Positions 14,315-24,793 of a DNA stretch of 64,000 bases are shown here, in pieces. The notes beneath the pieces were generated by a model. The model did no database searches, was not told the DNA's origin, and saw only the letters and a program-made list of their open reading frames with translations. The stretch lies in the NCBI RefSeq assembly GCF_032191835.1, contig NC_083229.1, forward strand, positions 48,484,001 through 48,548,000, read 5' to 3'. The position numbers and the translations under genes were made by a program. Position 1 is the stretch's first letter; every line of letters starts with the position of its first letter. This DNA comes from Heteronotia binoei (taxonomy: Eukaryota).

Positions 14315-14600
14315 TTTTGCCCCTGTCGAGAACCCAGTCCCCTGCCCGCACTACAGCCGCTGAGAGAAAGCAATCCAGCGGGGTTGCCTCCAAACTCTCT
14401 CCCGGGGCTCAACAAAACGCCAGGAGCGGCGGCGGCGGCGGCTGCATTTCCTCACTCCGTCCGGCCGCGGCGGCTGAAGGAAGCGGTTGTTCCCGAGGCG
14501 GATGGCCGAGCCACGTGACCGACAGGCACCTGCCACAGGTGTTGCTACCTGAGGAATGTGGCCTGCCTCCGCCATTCACAGCTGCTCCGGGAGTGCACTC
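14220..14600 (-). promoter_or_regulatory. CpG-island promoter and 5' UTR of CHMP4C
   Basis: CpG-dense, (GGC)n run, E-box CACGTGAC at 14512-14519. Confidence 0.7.
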
Positions 14601-14696
14601 TGCACATGCCCAAAGGCATTCTCTTTTCCAAAAATGTCTATGCTGGAAAAGTGAGGCTTTAAAGTTGTCTAGAAATCACAGCCCCGTCTGAACCAC

Positions 14697-14896
14697 CAGG
14701 TTGCCAACCTGCAAGTGGGACCTGGGTCTCCTGGAACTGCAGCTGACCTCAGTCTCCAGGCCACAGAAATCGGCTCCCCTGGAGAAAATGGCTGCTTTGG
14801 AAGATGAACTCTGTGACATTATACCCTACTGAGCTCCCTCCCCAGGTTCCACCCGCAAATTTCCAGGGATTGCCTAACCTGAAGGTGGCAGCCCTA
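14697..14896. mobile_element. Degenerate hAT-type MITE of the TAGGGTTGCCA family
   Basis: Ends AGGTTGCCAAC...GGCAGCCCTA; internal GAAAATGGCTGCTTTGGA motif shared with other copies in the window. Confidence 0.55.
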
Positions 14897-15233
14897 ACTA
14901 TCTTACACGCCTTGTGAAGCTCGTAATTGTTTTTAGCAGTTGGAGGAGGCGGACACAAAATATTTTTTATTTATTTCTCAGATTTATATCCCACCCTCCC
15001 GGCCGAAGCAGGCGCAGGGCTGCTATATATAGCGAATGCAGATCCCTCCCCCTTTCTCTTACGATGAAAACAGCTGTTTCTAAATGACACTTTGTGCAGA
15101 CCCCGAGGTGATTGCCTCTTAGGTTTTTCTGGGGTACCACCTGCTCCACAGAGGTAAAGGAAAACTGGGATTAGCTCTTTGGTTTGGGGAAGAAGAAAGT
15201 GGGGATTGCCTAATCTGGTGAGCATTAAGCACA

Positions 15234-16940
15234 AGGGTGGCCAAACTGTGGCTCAGGAGCCACATATGACTCTTTCACACATATTGTGTGGCTTCAAAGC
15301 CCCCACCACCCCATCAGCTGGCTTGGAGAAGGCTTTTCCAAGCCAAGGTAGCCAGCGGTTTGGAAAATGCATTTAAAGTTAAAGTTGCTTTATTTCAGCC
15401 TTTCCTCCCTCCTCATCTATTCGTCTTCCTTCCTTCCTTCCTCTGTCTGTCTTAGAGCTCTCGAACTTCTGACGTTTATTCTATGTGGCTCTTACATTAA
15501 GTAAGTTTGGCCACCCTCGAATAAGGGCTTTCACCAAAGGATTTATAGGGAGTTAGTGTATATATACACTAGCAGCCGATATAGGGAGTTAGTGTATTTG
15601 AACAAATTCCTTCCCTCTAAGAGCTGGTCTAGTGCAGGGGTGGCCAACGGTAGCTCTCCAGACGTTTTTTGCCTACAACTCCCATCAGCCCCAGCCAGCA
15701 TGGCGAATGGCTGGGGCTGATGGGAGTTGTAGGCAAAAAAACATCTGGAGAGCTACCGTTGGCCACTCCTGGTCTAGTGCATTCATTCATATTAGAGCTG
15801 CAGTCCTGAGCATATTCACCTAGAGTCCTCCCCAACCTTTTTGAGCCTGTGGGCACTTTTGGAACTCTGACAAAGTGTGGTGGGTGCAGCCATGAAATAG
15901 CTGCTGCAGGAAGGAAGCAGAGCCAAACACAAAAAAGGTTGTTGTAACTTTCCTCCAATCACACAGTAAGGACCCTTGTGTTGTAGTGGCAGCTACTGCC
16001 AAAAACAATGTTTTTTGTTTAATCTGCCCAACCAAGCAAATTTCCAGGGGCAAAAAGCATCACCTGGTGCCACCCACTTTCTAAAAGCACTTGAAAGGCA
16101 CCAGGAAGATTGTTAGTGGACACCACGTTGGGGACCCCTGATCGAGAAGGCCTGCTAATTCAAAGGAAGTAAAATTGCCTAAAATCAGGCATTCATTGCA
16201 TACAAAAGGAAAGCTGGGCATGATAAAACAGGAGACTAGGACAGCCCATTCCATTGCACAACTTTTCTCAAAGTCTGAGTGCCCAAGCCCCACCTCTTGA
16301 AATGACTCGAAACTGCAGCCCACAGGATAAATCCATGCTTTATGCCAGGGGTGTCGAACTCATTTGTTATAAGGGCTAGATCTGACATAAATGAGACCTT
16401 GTTGGGCAGAGCCATGTCGGGCCGGGCTGTATGTGTACCAATGTAAGATTAGGTAGCAGAGATATATAAACTTTATAAAGGACACAAACAAACACAATGA
16501 AAGTTTTTTTAAAAAAATTAAAACATGCTTAAAACCTTAGCACTTGTTGGACTTAAAGTTGCTTTCTTTGTATCTCTCCCATGGGATCCAGGGAACTGGG
16601 CAAAGGGAGCTCTAGCTCTTTCCTTCCTTTCCCAGGGGGCCAGGATGGGGAAGCTTCAGCAAATAGAAGGAAGACTGGCTTGGCTTTGTTGTGCGATTGA
16701 GAGAGACTGGCAAAGCAAGCTCTCCCTCTCCCTCCCCCCCCAAGGGAGGAGCCCCAGCCAATGGAGAAAATAGAGACTTTGCTCTGTACTTCCTGTGCCA
16801 CTGAGCAAGCCTTGCAAAGCAAGCCCTTATGCAGAAAGAAGCAAGAAAGAGGGAGAAGATGACAGCCAGTTGCTGGGGAGATTGATAGCAGCCCTCGGAG
16901 GGTCTGATTCGGCCCCCGGAGTGCCTGTTTGACACCCTTC
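15234..16940. mobile_element. Cluster of non-autonomous hAT-like elements between the CHMP4C and ZFAND1 promoters (~15234-15517, ~15825-16140, ~16347-16940)
   Basis: CAGGGGTG/CACCCCTG-type termini and shared internal motifs (GAGCCACA, AAAGTTGCTTT). Confidence 0.55.
15635..15771. mobile_element. Palindromic 137-bp hAT MITE
   Basis: TIRs CAGGGGTGGCCAAC/GTTGGCCACTCCTG, near-perfect internal palindrome, perfect 8-bp TSD GTCTAGTG (15627-15634 and 15772-15779). Confidence 0.9.
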
Positions 16941-17660
16941 CTGCATGCCGTCTTCCAACGTTCCAGCATACCCGATCCGGAAGATCGGAAACAGCGATGC
17001 GCGCCTGCGCATTATGCAAACATGGCGGAATTGGAGATTGGGCAGCACTGCGCGCTAAAACACTGCCAGCAGCTGGGTAAGATGGTTCGGAGACACGGAC
17101 CGGAGACATGCGAGAGAAAGAGCAGGGCAATTGAAAAAAAAAAGTGTTAAACAGAAGCGGAAAGTCGAAACGCTTGAGAAAAGGGGTCGTGCCTCTCGGC
17201 AGTTCCCAAGTGCTTGTAGTCGTTCGGTAACCACAGACCTTCCGGTTCTCTTTTGAATGCGGGGCTGTCAACGTGAAGGCGCAAAACGCGGTATTGTAGA
17301 GATTTGGGGACACAGTGACGTTCTGTTTGGTTTGAGGTATCGACCCTGCATGTGTGTTGGCAAATGGGAACCCGAAAGAAATGCCTTTTTAACTCCTAGA
17401 TCTTTTAAAAACTTTATGACTGATTCCAAAACAGGAGGAGACTATGCATTCAAGAGCGCGGCTTCTGAGGAACTGGGCGTGGATTTTGACTGCTAGCCAT
17501 TGCTTAGTTCCTCTAGTCTTGTTTGTCCCGGTTTTCGTCGTAACTGGAGGCAATTATCCGGTGACTAACATGGAAAGGCGAGAGACGCGTGACGTCAGAA
17601 CTCATGGCTGCTTGGTCACGTTTGCAGGAGCATATGGTGGTTTTGCTTAGTAATAGGAAA
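16900..17660 (+). promoter_or_regulatory. CpG-island promoter and first-intron region of ZFAND1
   Basis: CpG-dense; NRF1-like GCGCCTGCGCAT at 17001-17012; full CRE TGACGTCA at 17590-17597. Confidence 0.65.
17022..17076 (+). CDS. ZFAND1: ZFAND1 (AN1-type zinc finger protein 1) exon 1
   Basis: MAELEIGQHCALKHCQQL, then GTAAG donor. Matches the recalled human N-terminus MAELDIGQHC. Confidence 0.95.
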
Positions 17661-17944
17661 GGAAAGGTCCCCTGTGCAAGCACCAGTCGTTTCCGACTCT
17701 GGGGTGACGTTGTTTTCACAACGTTTTCAGGGCAGACTTTTTACGGGGTGGTTTGCCATTGCCTTCCCAGTCATCTACGCTTTCCCCCCAGCAAGCTGGG
17801 TACTTTTTTTACCGACCTCGGAAGGATGGAAGGCTGAGTCATCCTCGAGCCGGCTACCTGAAAACCCAGCTTCCGCCGGGGATCGAACTCAGGTCGTGAG
17901 CAGAGTTTAGGATTGCAGTACTACAGCTTTACCACTGCGCCACG
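17658..17944 (-). mobile_element. Sauria SINE
   Basis: Minus strand has a tRNA-like head (GTGGCGCAGTGGTAAAGCTG...GAGTTCGATCC) and a BovB-like tail (GGCAATGGCAAACCAC...GGGGACCTTTCC). Confidence 0.88.
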
Positions 17945-19796
17945 TTTAGTAATAAGAGATGCTTAATTTCTAAGATTAAAATTAGATGCTCTGCAGTTCT
18001 TCTTTAAACCAGGGTACAGTAGGCTAGAGTAGATCAGTGGTGAGTGAAAGACACATTGTACAGGCATTCTATTTTGTAATTACTTCAGCGACTTAGGTCA
18101 TGAAAGTTTTGGTGTACAGGGCCAGACTAGTTTGGGGGGGGACCCAGGTTCAAATTGCTATTTACCTGCTGTTGGGATAACCTTCCTTACGGGTTGTGAG
18201 GAACTGGGAAGAACATGCTGCACTACCTTGATATCATAGGAGGAAGGACAGTGTAAGCGCAGAGTTGATAGAAACTTTCTGATATCCGGCACAGCCTAGC
18301 CCTAGGCAAATGGATGCAGAAGCTCTCTTCCACTGTGTACCATTACTGAGAGGTTCCAGGGTTAAGAATCAGTTTCTGCCAAGTTGCACTGTTCACAGTT
18401 CTGCTATTTAACCCTCAGACCACAAGGAGCTAATTTTTGCAAGGTTATATCAAAGCTAATGATGTATGCAGCAGTTACAATGCATGTTTCCCTTTGATCT
18501 GAACAATACACATGACCCTATGCTCATGGTCAGAAAACCAAATATCCAGGGGACTCAAAGAAAATCTAATCTGGAGTGTGAGCCTATTTTTCTGTTAGCT
18601 GTTCATTCATTGTTAGTTAATTCATTGTTCCATATTCTCTTAAATGTCAAGTCTCTTATCTTTCCCTGTGTTATGTATTTATGAATGTTGGCAGGGAGAG
18701 ACCAGCTCTAACAATAACCAGTGTTGGATGCTGGTATTAAATCTGTTGGATGGATTGCTGTTACTATCACAGGAACATGGTTCTTTGATTTTAACTATTT
18801 TTAAAAAATGTTAACTTTGAAAAATGGAGTTTGTTGTGTTGCCATTTTTGCAATCTTAGGTCTTACTCATTAAGTGACAGTTTGTGCTTACAGAGTGGAG
18901 TGTGTGCTGATGGAAAAGTACCTTCCCACTCTGCTTTTTACAATAGTCTCTTGTGAGCTTTGAAACTCTACTCATAGGTGGACTTCCTGGGCCTGGGGGT
19001 CTCCCTTAGAAGGGGAAGTGACAAAAAATCTTCCAAGAGTAATAAGGCACAGTATTCCGTATCAGACTGAATACAGTATACAGTATCAGACTGTATAGGA
19101 AAACCTTTGTTAGCATTACTTTCAGGGTGCGTTCCATAAACTTATTGAGATATTTATACCCCATTTTCCCCACAGCCGAAGGCAATTTATAGATTAAGAT
19201 CTAACACATACAGAACACCTCATATAATCCCCTCCTTCCTATAACAGACATTTTTTCAGCCCACCTTTGCATACACTGTACAAACTTGTGTTTTCTTGTA
19301 AGATTAACTGAATCAGTGGGACTTACTGTGCAGTAAAGCTGCATATATTGTATTGTTCAAAAATCATGAAGGTGGGTAAGAATCAGCACCTTCTTCAGAA
19401 ATGAGGGGGCAGGAATTTCTTTGAGAACCAAATGATAGCTGAAAGCTGAGACTTTTGTTGCAACTGTAGAAATGTATTGACAAAGATGAAAGAAGCATTT
19501 GGCAAATTATATCAGTAAGAGTTGGCAGCAGGGATTGATGGTCTTGCTTCATTGTAGATGTAGTAAATAAGGCCTCACTGAAAGATATACGTAACTATTA
19601 TGGCTACAATCCAACACCAAAGTTAGCATTAACCACACTAGATCGTGGCCTAAAGCTGCTCTGTGTGATTAGCAGCACCTAGCTAGTCAAAAATGAGCCA
19701 TAATGTTTCCACCTAGGTTTTGGAAGTGTTGTGATATGGCCTCTTGAAATGTACACTGATACAAACAACTAAAAACTGCCGTCTTTTTCATTTCAG

Positions 19797-19839
19797 ATTT
19801 TCTACCTTTTGTATGTGATGGCTGCTCTCAAGTTTTCTG
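19797..19839 (+). CDS. ZFAND1: ZFAND1 exon 2
   Basis: DFLPFVCDGCSQVF; TTTCAG acceptor, GTATG donor; 43 nt. Confidence 0.95.
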
Positions 19840-19941
19840 GTATGAAGCAATTAGTGTTTATGAATGGTGGTCAATTTTCTTGGAGCTTAATAGTAATATA
19901 GCTTGAAACAGAGCCAGGTGGGTAGCTGTGTTGGTCTGAAG

Positions 19942-20214
19942 CAGGGGTGGTCAAACTTGCTTAATGTAAGAGCCACATAGAATAAATGTCAGATGTTTGA
20001 GAGCCACAAAACATGAATGTGAGATGTTTCAGAACTGGAAGGAATGAAGGAAGACAGGGGAAGAGGGGGAGGTGGAAAGAAAGCAACTTTAACTTTAAGT
20101 GCATTCTGCAAGTCACCAGCTGGCTTGGAGAAATGATTTAAAGAGACAAGCCAGTCAACACACACTTTGAGAGCCAGACAATATGTGTGAAAGAGCCACA
20201 GTTTGACCTCCCTG
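19942..20214. mobile_element. Non-autonomous hAT element
   Basis: TIRs CAGGGGTGGTCAAAC/GTTTGACCTCCCTG; degenerate 8-bp TSD (GTCTGAAG/CTCTAAAG). Confidence 0.7.
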
Positions 20215-20232
20215 CTCTAAAGCAACAAAATA

Positions 20233-20335
20233 AAATCCAGTAGCACCTTTAAGACCAACAAAAATTTATTCAAGGTGAAGCTTATACCTTGAATAAAACT
20301 TTGTTGGTCTTAAAGCTGCTACTAGACTCCAACTT
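20233..20335. repeat. Inverted-repeat relic, probably Penelope-like-element derived
   Basis: TAGCACCTTTAAGACCAACAAA...TTTGTTGGTCTTAAAGCTGCTA palindrome. Related sequence at ~28855-29150 and ~34850-34925. Confidence 0.55.
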
Positions 20336-20389
20336 TATTCTGTAGCTTAAAATGCTATCACAGCCCTGAGGAATTTAAAACCAGTGAGT

Positions 20390-20672
20390 GAAGAAGAAGA
20401 TGAAGAAGATATTGGATTTATATCCCGCCCTCCACTCCGAAGAGTCTCAGAGCGGCTGACAATCTCCTTTACCTTCCTCCCCCACAACAGACACCCTGTG
20501 AGGTGGGTGGGGCTGGAGAGGGCTCTCCCAGCAGCTGCCCTTTCAAGGACAACCTCTGCCAGAGCTATGGCTGACCCAAGGCCATGCTAGCAGGTGCAAG
20601 TGGAGGAGTGGAGAATCAAACCCGGTTCTCCCAGATAAGAGTCCGCACACTTAACCACTACACCAAACTGGC
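20390..20672 (-). mobile_element. tRNA-derived SINE (Squam3-like)
   Basis: Nearly identical to 1668-1950; A box TGGTGTAGTGG and B-box-like GGTTTGATTC on minus strand; (CTT)n tail. Confidence 0.85.
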
Positions 20673-21410
20673 AGAGGTGGCTGAAGGGGTGTTGGAGAGG
20701 CAACCAACAGAGAAAATATTTGGAATGGGAAAATACAGCAAATAAGCATTTTTGGGGAGTGGGGTATACCAATTAGCACAACTTCATTGAAAAAGAGCCA
20801 AGTCTCTCCCAGTAGTTTCTGTGTGCTATAGTGGTTAGAGCATCAATTCCCAATATGAAACCTATGGGCACCATGGTTTTTGTGGTACCCACTTGCTTCT
20901 CCCTCAAAGCAAAGAGCAAGCTGCGGCTTTCCTCTGCTTGATTGGAATAAAAAGTGCTTCAGAAGATCCAGAAGGTGCCTTGAGTCTACAAGAAACACCT
21001 ATTTGGAAACAGCTGCCCCCACCATAAGAACCATTCAATATGTTGTGACTGGCTTCTCCACAGCAGCCATTTTGTGTTTCAGCCAACCTCCCATGAAAGT
21101 TGCTTTCTGGTTGATCCTGCTACTTACTGTCTCTTAAAATTCCAAATGTGATCAAAGACTCAACAGGTTTGGCAATCCAGATCAGAGTGTTGCACTAGGA
21201 TCAGGAAGACATAGTTTAAAACTCCCATTCTTCACTAAAACAATGTGGCTTTGGATAAGTCCCATATTGTAGTTTTTTCTGTGGATAAAATTTGTAAAGG
21301 ATAATCTCTGCTCTGAGGTTATTGGAGGAAGAACAGGATAAAAATATTCTCGATAGGTGTGTTCCCATGTTCTTTCATGTCACATGATACTTTGTTATGT
21401 AACTCTTAAG

Positions 21411-21450
21411 TCTTCAGCACAGAAGCCGGTCTGCTCATGGTTGCTCTGAG
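21411..21450 (+). CDS. ZFAND1: ZFAND1 exon 3
   Basis: CLQHRSRSAHGCSE (human CLEHRSRESHGCPE); AAG acceptor, GTGAGT donor; 40 nt. Confidence 0.92.
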
Positions 21451-22327
21451 GTGAGTGTGTGTAATTCTTATTTAATTGTAGCATATAACATCTCTGGTTC
21501 ATGGGAAGTTTAGTTCCTTTTATTCCATTTGTGAGTTTAGTTCCTTTTACTCCATAATACTTTACAAACTTTGGTTGAAAACACATCTACTTATCTCATG
21601 TATAAACCACTGTCACCACCCCACAACGAACTGGCCCATGTATTGGGATCCTGTAGAGAACATTCAGTATTAATAGGGCTGTTTATGGAAGCTGCCTGAA
21701 ATTATTTCTGTCATCATAGTGGCCCAAATAATCTTCCAATTTATGGTGGAACTGTGCAGCCAGTTGCCTTTCTTCACTGAGCTTTCTTTACACAGTCTTG
21801 AACTCAAGGGGAATCATGTCCATTTTAAAAGTAACAGGTTTGCATGCAAGAGCCATGTCTTGAAATGTGGTGCTTCACTGTTAATTTGTACTGGAAAATG
21901 GATTTATATGTCCCACTCTGCTTTCTGTTGTTTTATGTAGTGTTATTTATTTTTACTTCAAACTGTCTTATGTTTTTTTACAAGTATCCTTTCCTTTTAC
22001 AAGTATCCATTTATTATTCTGCCTGAGACTATAAAAATTTATTCTGGCTTCAGCATTCATAAGTTAATTGCTTCTTTTCTGTTTTAGTTTTGCTAATATT
22101 ACTGTTAAGAAGATATATTACTTTACACATCTCTCATGGGTAAAGTCACACATGGGAAATATTCTTGGGAACAAGTCACATATGGGAAATACTCTTGGGG
22201 TATTTTTTATTCAGAAAGAGCTATATAAATTGGGTGAATGTATCATTGAAGAAAATGCCAGGATTGAGCCACCATTTCAGAAACTGTAGATTTTAGTTGA
22301 CCTGCAGTGCATATTTATAAATAAGTC

Positions 22328-23469
22328 CAATCCAATCCAATTCAATCATACCTTTATTGGCATAATGAAAAGATATATACAGAGACTTGTCAACCAAACA
22401 ACAATCAGATATGTCTGTTCAAAGCATAAAAGGCTAAACTAAGATCACAATAAAACCTTAGAATAATTTTTAACAATTTCAGCCAAGAATTTTGCAACAG
22501 CTTTTCTGATATCGGCAATCAATTCTATTTTCTTGAATGTAGGACAGTACGGAAAGACTATCTAACAGAACCTTCCGGAGATCAGTATACAGTTGGCAGT
22601 TCAATAAAATATGCTGGATGGAATCCGGCGAACTTGATCCGCATAGACAATGTCTCTCACTAAAGGGGACTTGAAGAACTCTCCCATAGAGAACATTGGA
22701 GGGAAATGCATTCATCCTAGCCAACAGTCGTCCCCTCTACCATTATAGATGCTTCTGTATTTTCTGATCTTCCTGTTTGGCCTCCTGTTGAACCTGAGGA
22801 AATCATTGAATTAATTGATGGTTTAAAAGTTGGCAAAGCACCAGGTCCTGACGGTCTCCCTGCTGAGATTTTTTTTAAAAATTGCAGTCTGGTGGTCTGA
22901 ACCTTTGGCCAACTTATTTACATTAACTGACCATTACGGAACTGTCGCAAATTCCTGGCTTAACTTCATAATTGTTCCCATCTATAAAAAAGGTAATTTA
23001 AATCTTCCTGAGAATTTTTGTCCCATTAGTTTATTATCTATTATGGGCAAACTATATGCAAAACATTTTGAACGTCGGCTGACAGTTTGGATACATTCGG
23101 AAAACAATATTGGCCTAGAGCAAATACGTTTTTCCCCCCAAAAAAAATCTACTATTGATCATTGTGTCACATTGGCTTTTCTGGCTGACAAATACATGAA
23201 TACAAGAAAGGGGAAGCTCTGTGTAGCTTTTATAGATCTGAAGAGTGCATTGGACTCTGTGGACAGATACAAACTATGGAATAAACTAAAGGCTCTTAAT
23301 ATAGATCCCCATCTGTTAAATCTATTAAAGAATTTACATACAAATGCAAATTTCCAGGTAAAATTCTCTTCTATAGGACTCCTAACTGAAAAAATACCAA
23401 TTTGTAAAGGAATTAAACAAGGGTGTGTGTTAGCCACACATCTTTTAAATCTTTTCTTTTAATCTTTTC
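22328..23469. mobile_element. 5'-inverted LINE insertion (3' end on minus strand 22328-~22735; RT segment on plus strand ~22740-23469); clade uncertain, RTEX/L2-like
   Basis: Plus strand: KAPGPDGLPAEIF...PISLLSIMGKLY...AFIDLKSALDSVDR...KGIKQGCVLA (RT). Minus strand: C-terminal RHCLC...HILLNC, AATAAA and (ATTGG)n tail. 13-bp TSD TTATAAATAAGTC at 22315-22327 and 23470-23482. Confidence 0.85.
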
Positions 23470-23529
23470 TTATAAATAAGTCATTTCTGTATGATATGTT
23501 CTTATGTCATTTTTTTTAAATTGGTTTAG

Positions 23530-23657
23530 GTAAATCTGAAAAGTGAGGAAGTGAAACCAGATCATCACAAATCTTTTTTGTGCTCATACAGAGGTTGTGA
23601 TGGGAAAGAACTTGTACCAGTATTATGCTCATTTTGTGAAAAACAGTTTTGCTTAAG
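23530..23657 (+). CDS. ZFAND1: ZFAND1 exon 4
   Basis: VNLKSEEVKPDHHKSFLCSYRGCDGKELVPVLCSFCEKQFCLR (second AN1 finger); canonical splice sites; 128 nt. Confidence 0.95.
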
Positions 23658-23744
23658 GTGAGCAAAAGAATGAACTGTTACTCTGTCCTTGCATTACCCT
23701 TCTGGTTGGCTAGTGAATGTTTCCTCAACTATTATCATTCACAG

Positions 23745-23836
23745 GCACCGTCATCAGTCAGATCATCAATGTGAGAAACTGGAAACCCCAAAGCCTCGCA
23801 TGGCTATCACCCAACAACTTGTTAAAAATATTGTAG
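23745..23836 (+). CDS. ZFAND1: ZFAND1 exon 5 (followed by a GC donor)
   Basis: HRHQSDHQCEKLETPKPRMAITQQLVKNIV; the required phase-1 junction falls at AG|GCAAGT; 92 nt. Confidence 0.92.
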
Positions 23837-24367
23837 GCAAGTATAGTAAAATACTGTTTTCTACAGAATACCTTTTGGAGCTAGGCAGTAGAACAGAATA
23901 TTGATGCACTTTTGAGTCTATTATGATTAATTTGTACAAGGGGAAAGGAAAAATCATGTCACAAACTGTATTTCCCCACTGACAAAATGTTAACAGTTTC
24001 AGTGCTTAGAAAACACAGTGCAGAAACTTCTGGATTCTATATAACAATTGACTAACAATTGTGTACTTGTAAGAAACCATTGTCTTGAAAAGTCCCTTAG
24101 AAAAAAGATGACTCTTCTCATGCATCTGAGCTGGCCCAGATGTCTTATCATTTCAGATTTGGTGCTGTGTAGTCTATCTTGGGTATAAAGAATAACGGCA
24201 GGCACACAGTGGTCAGAGGTCAAATAAAAAAGTTGTGTTCTGTGTATGCAAGCTAATGGAGGCTGTGTGTTCTTTTGGTATGCCATTCATTAAGCACTGG
24301 TGTATCATTCTCAAAATAAGGGGGAAATGTAATTCTTGTTCAAATGGGTTAATGCAATGTATCTTAG

Positions 24368-24489
24368 ATTCCAAGAAAGAAACCACAGTGATGAAAAGAT
24401 GCAGAGGAGCCAAGAATGCTGAAACAGCAGCAAAAGTGTCCCTAATGAAACTAAAAATGCATGCATGTGGGGATAAGTCCTTGCCACTG
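24368..24489 (+). CDS. ZFAND1: ZFAND1 exon 6
   Basis: SKKETTVMKRCRGAKNAETAAKVSLMKLKMHACGDKSLPL; GTAAGT donor; 122 nt. Confidence 0.95.
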
Positions 24490-24611
24490 GTAAGTCATGA
24501 TTGCTTCATTCCAACCACATTTGGGATTTTCCCTCCTGCCATTTTTAATTCAAGCAAAGCGGTGTGCATGATTAGCTTGTGTGAGATTACAGCTTTAATC
24601 ATTTCGGTAAC

Positions 24612-24793
24612 CAGGGCTTTTTTTGTAGCAGGAACTCCTTTGCATATTAGGCCACACACCCCTGATGTAGCCAATCCCCCTGGAGCTTACAGTAGGCCCT
24701 GTAAGAAGAGCCCTGTAAGCTCTTGGAGAATTGGCTACATCAGGGGTGTGTGTCCTAATATGCAAAGGAGTTCCTGCTACAAAAAAAGCCCTG
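24612..24793. mobile_element. Palindromic MITE in ZFAND1 intron 6
   Basis: Long TIRs CAGGGCTTTTTTTGTAGCAGGAACTCCTTTGCATATTAGG / CCTAATATGCAAAGGAGTTCCTGCTACAAAAAAAGCCCTG. Confidence 0.8.

Noticed and set aside
16612-17313. 233-aa minus-strand ORF
   Set aside because: Antisense across the GC-rich ZFAND1 promoter and a hAT relic; stop-poor composition explains it.
17880-17944. tRNA-like sequences (also 1900-1950, 20620-20672, 29746-29820)
   Set aside because: SINE heads attached to SINE bodies, not complete cloverleaf tRNA genes.
21505-22200. Short tandem duplications (~25 bp at 21505-21560; ~30 bp at 22142-22200)
   Set aside because: Two-copy slippage duplications in an intron; no spacers, so not CRISPR-like.
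22830-23462. 210-aa ORF as a host gene
   Set aside because: It is a LINE reverse-transcriptase fragment within a TSD-flanked insertion.
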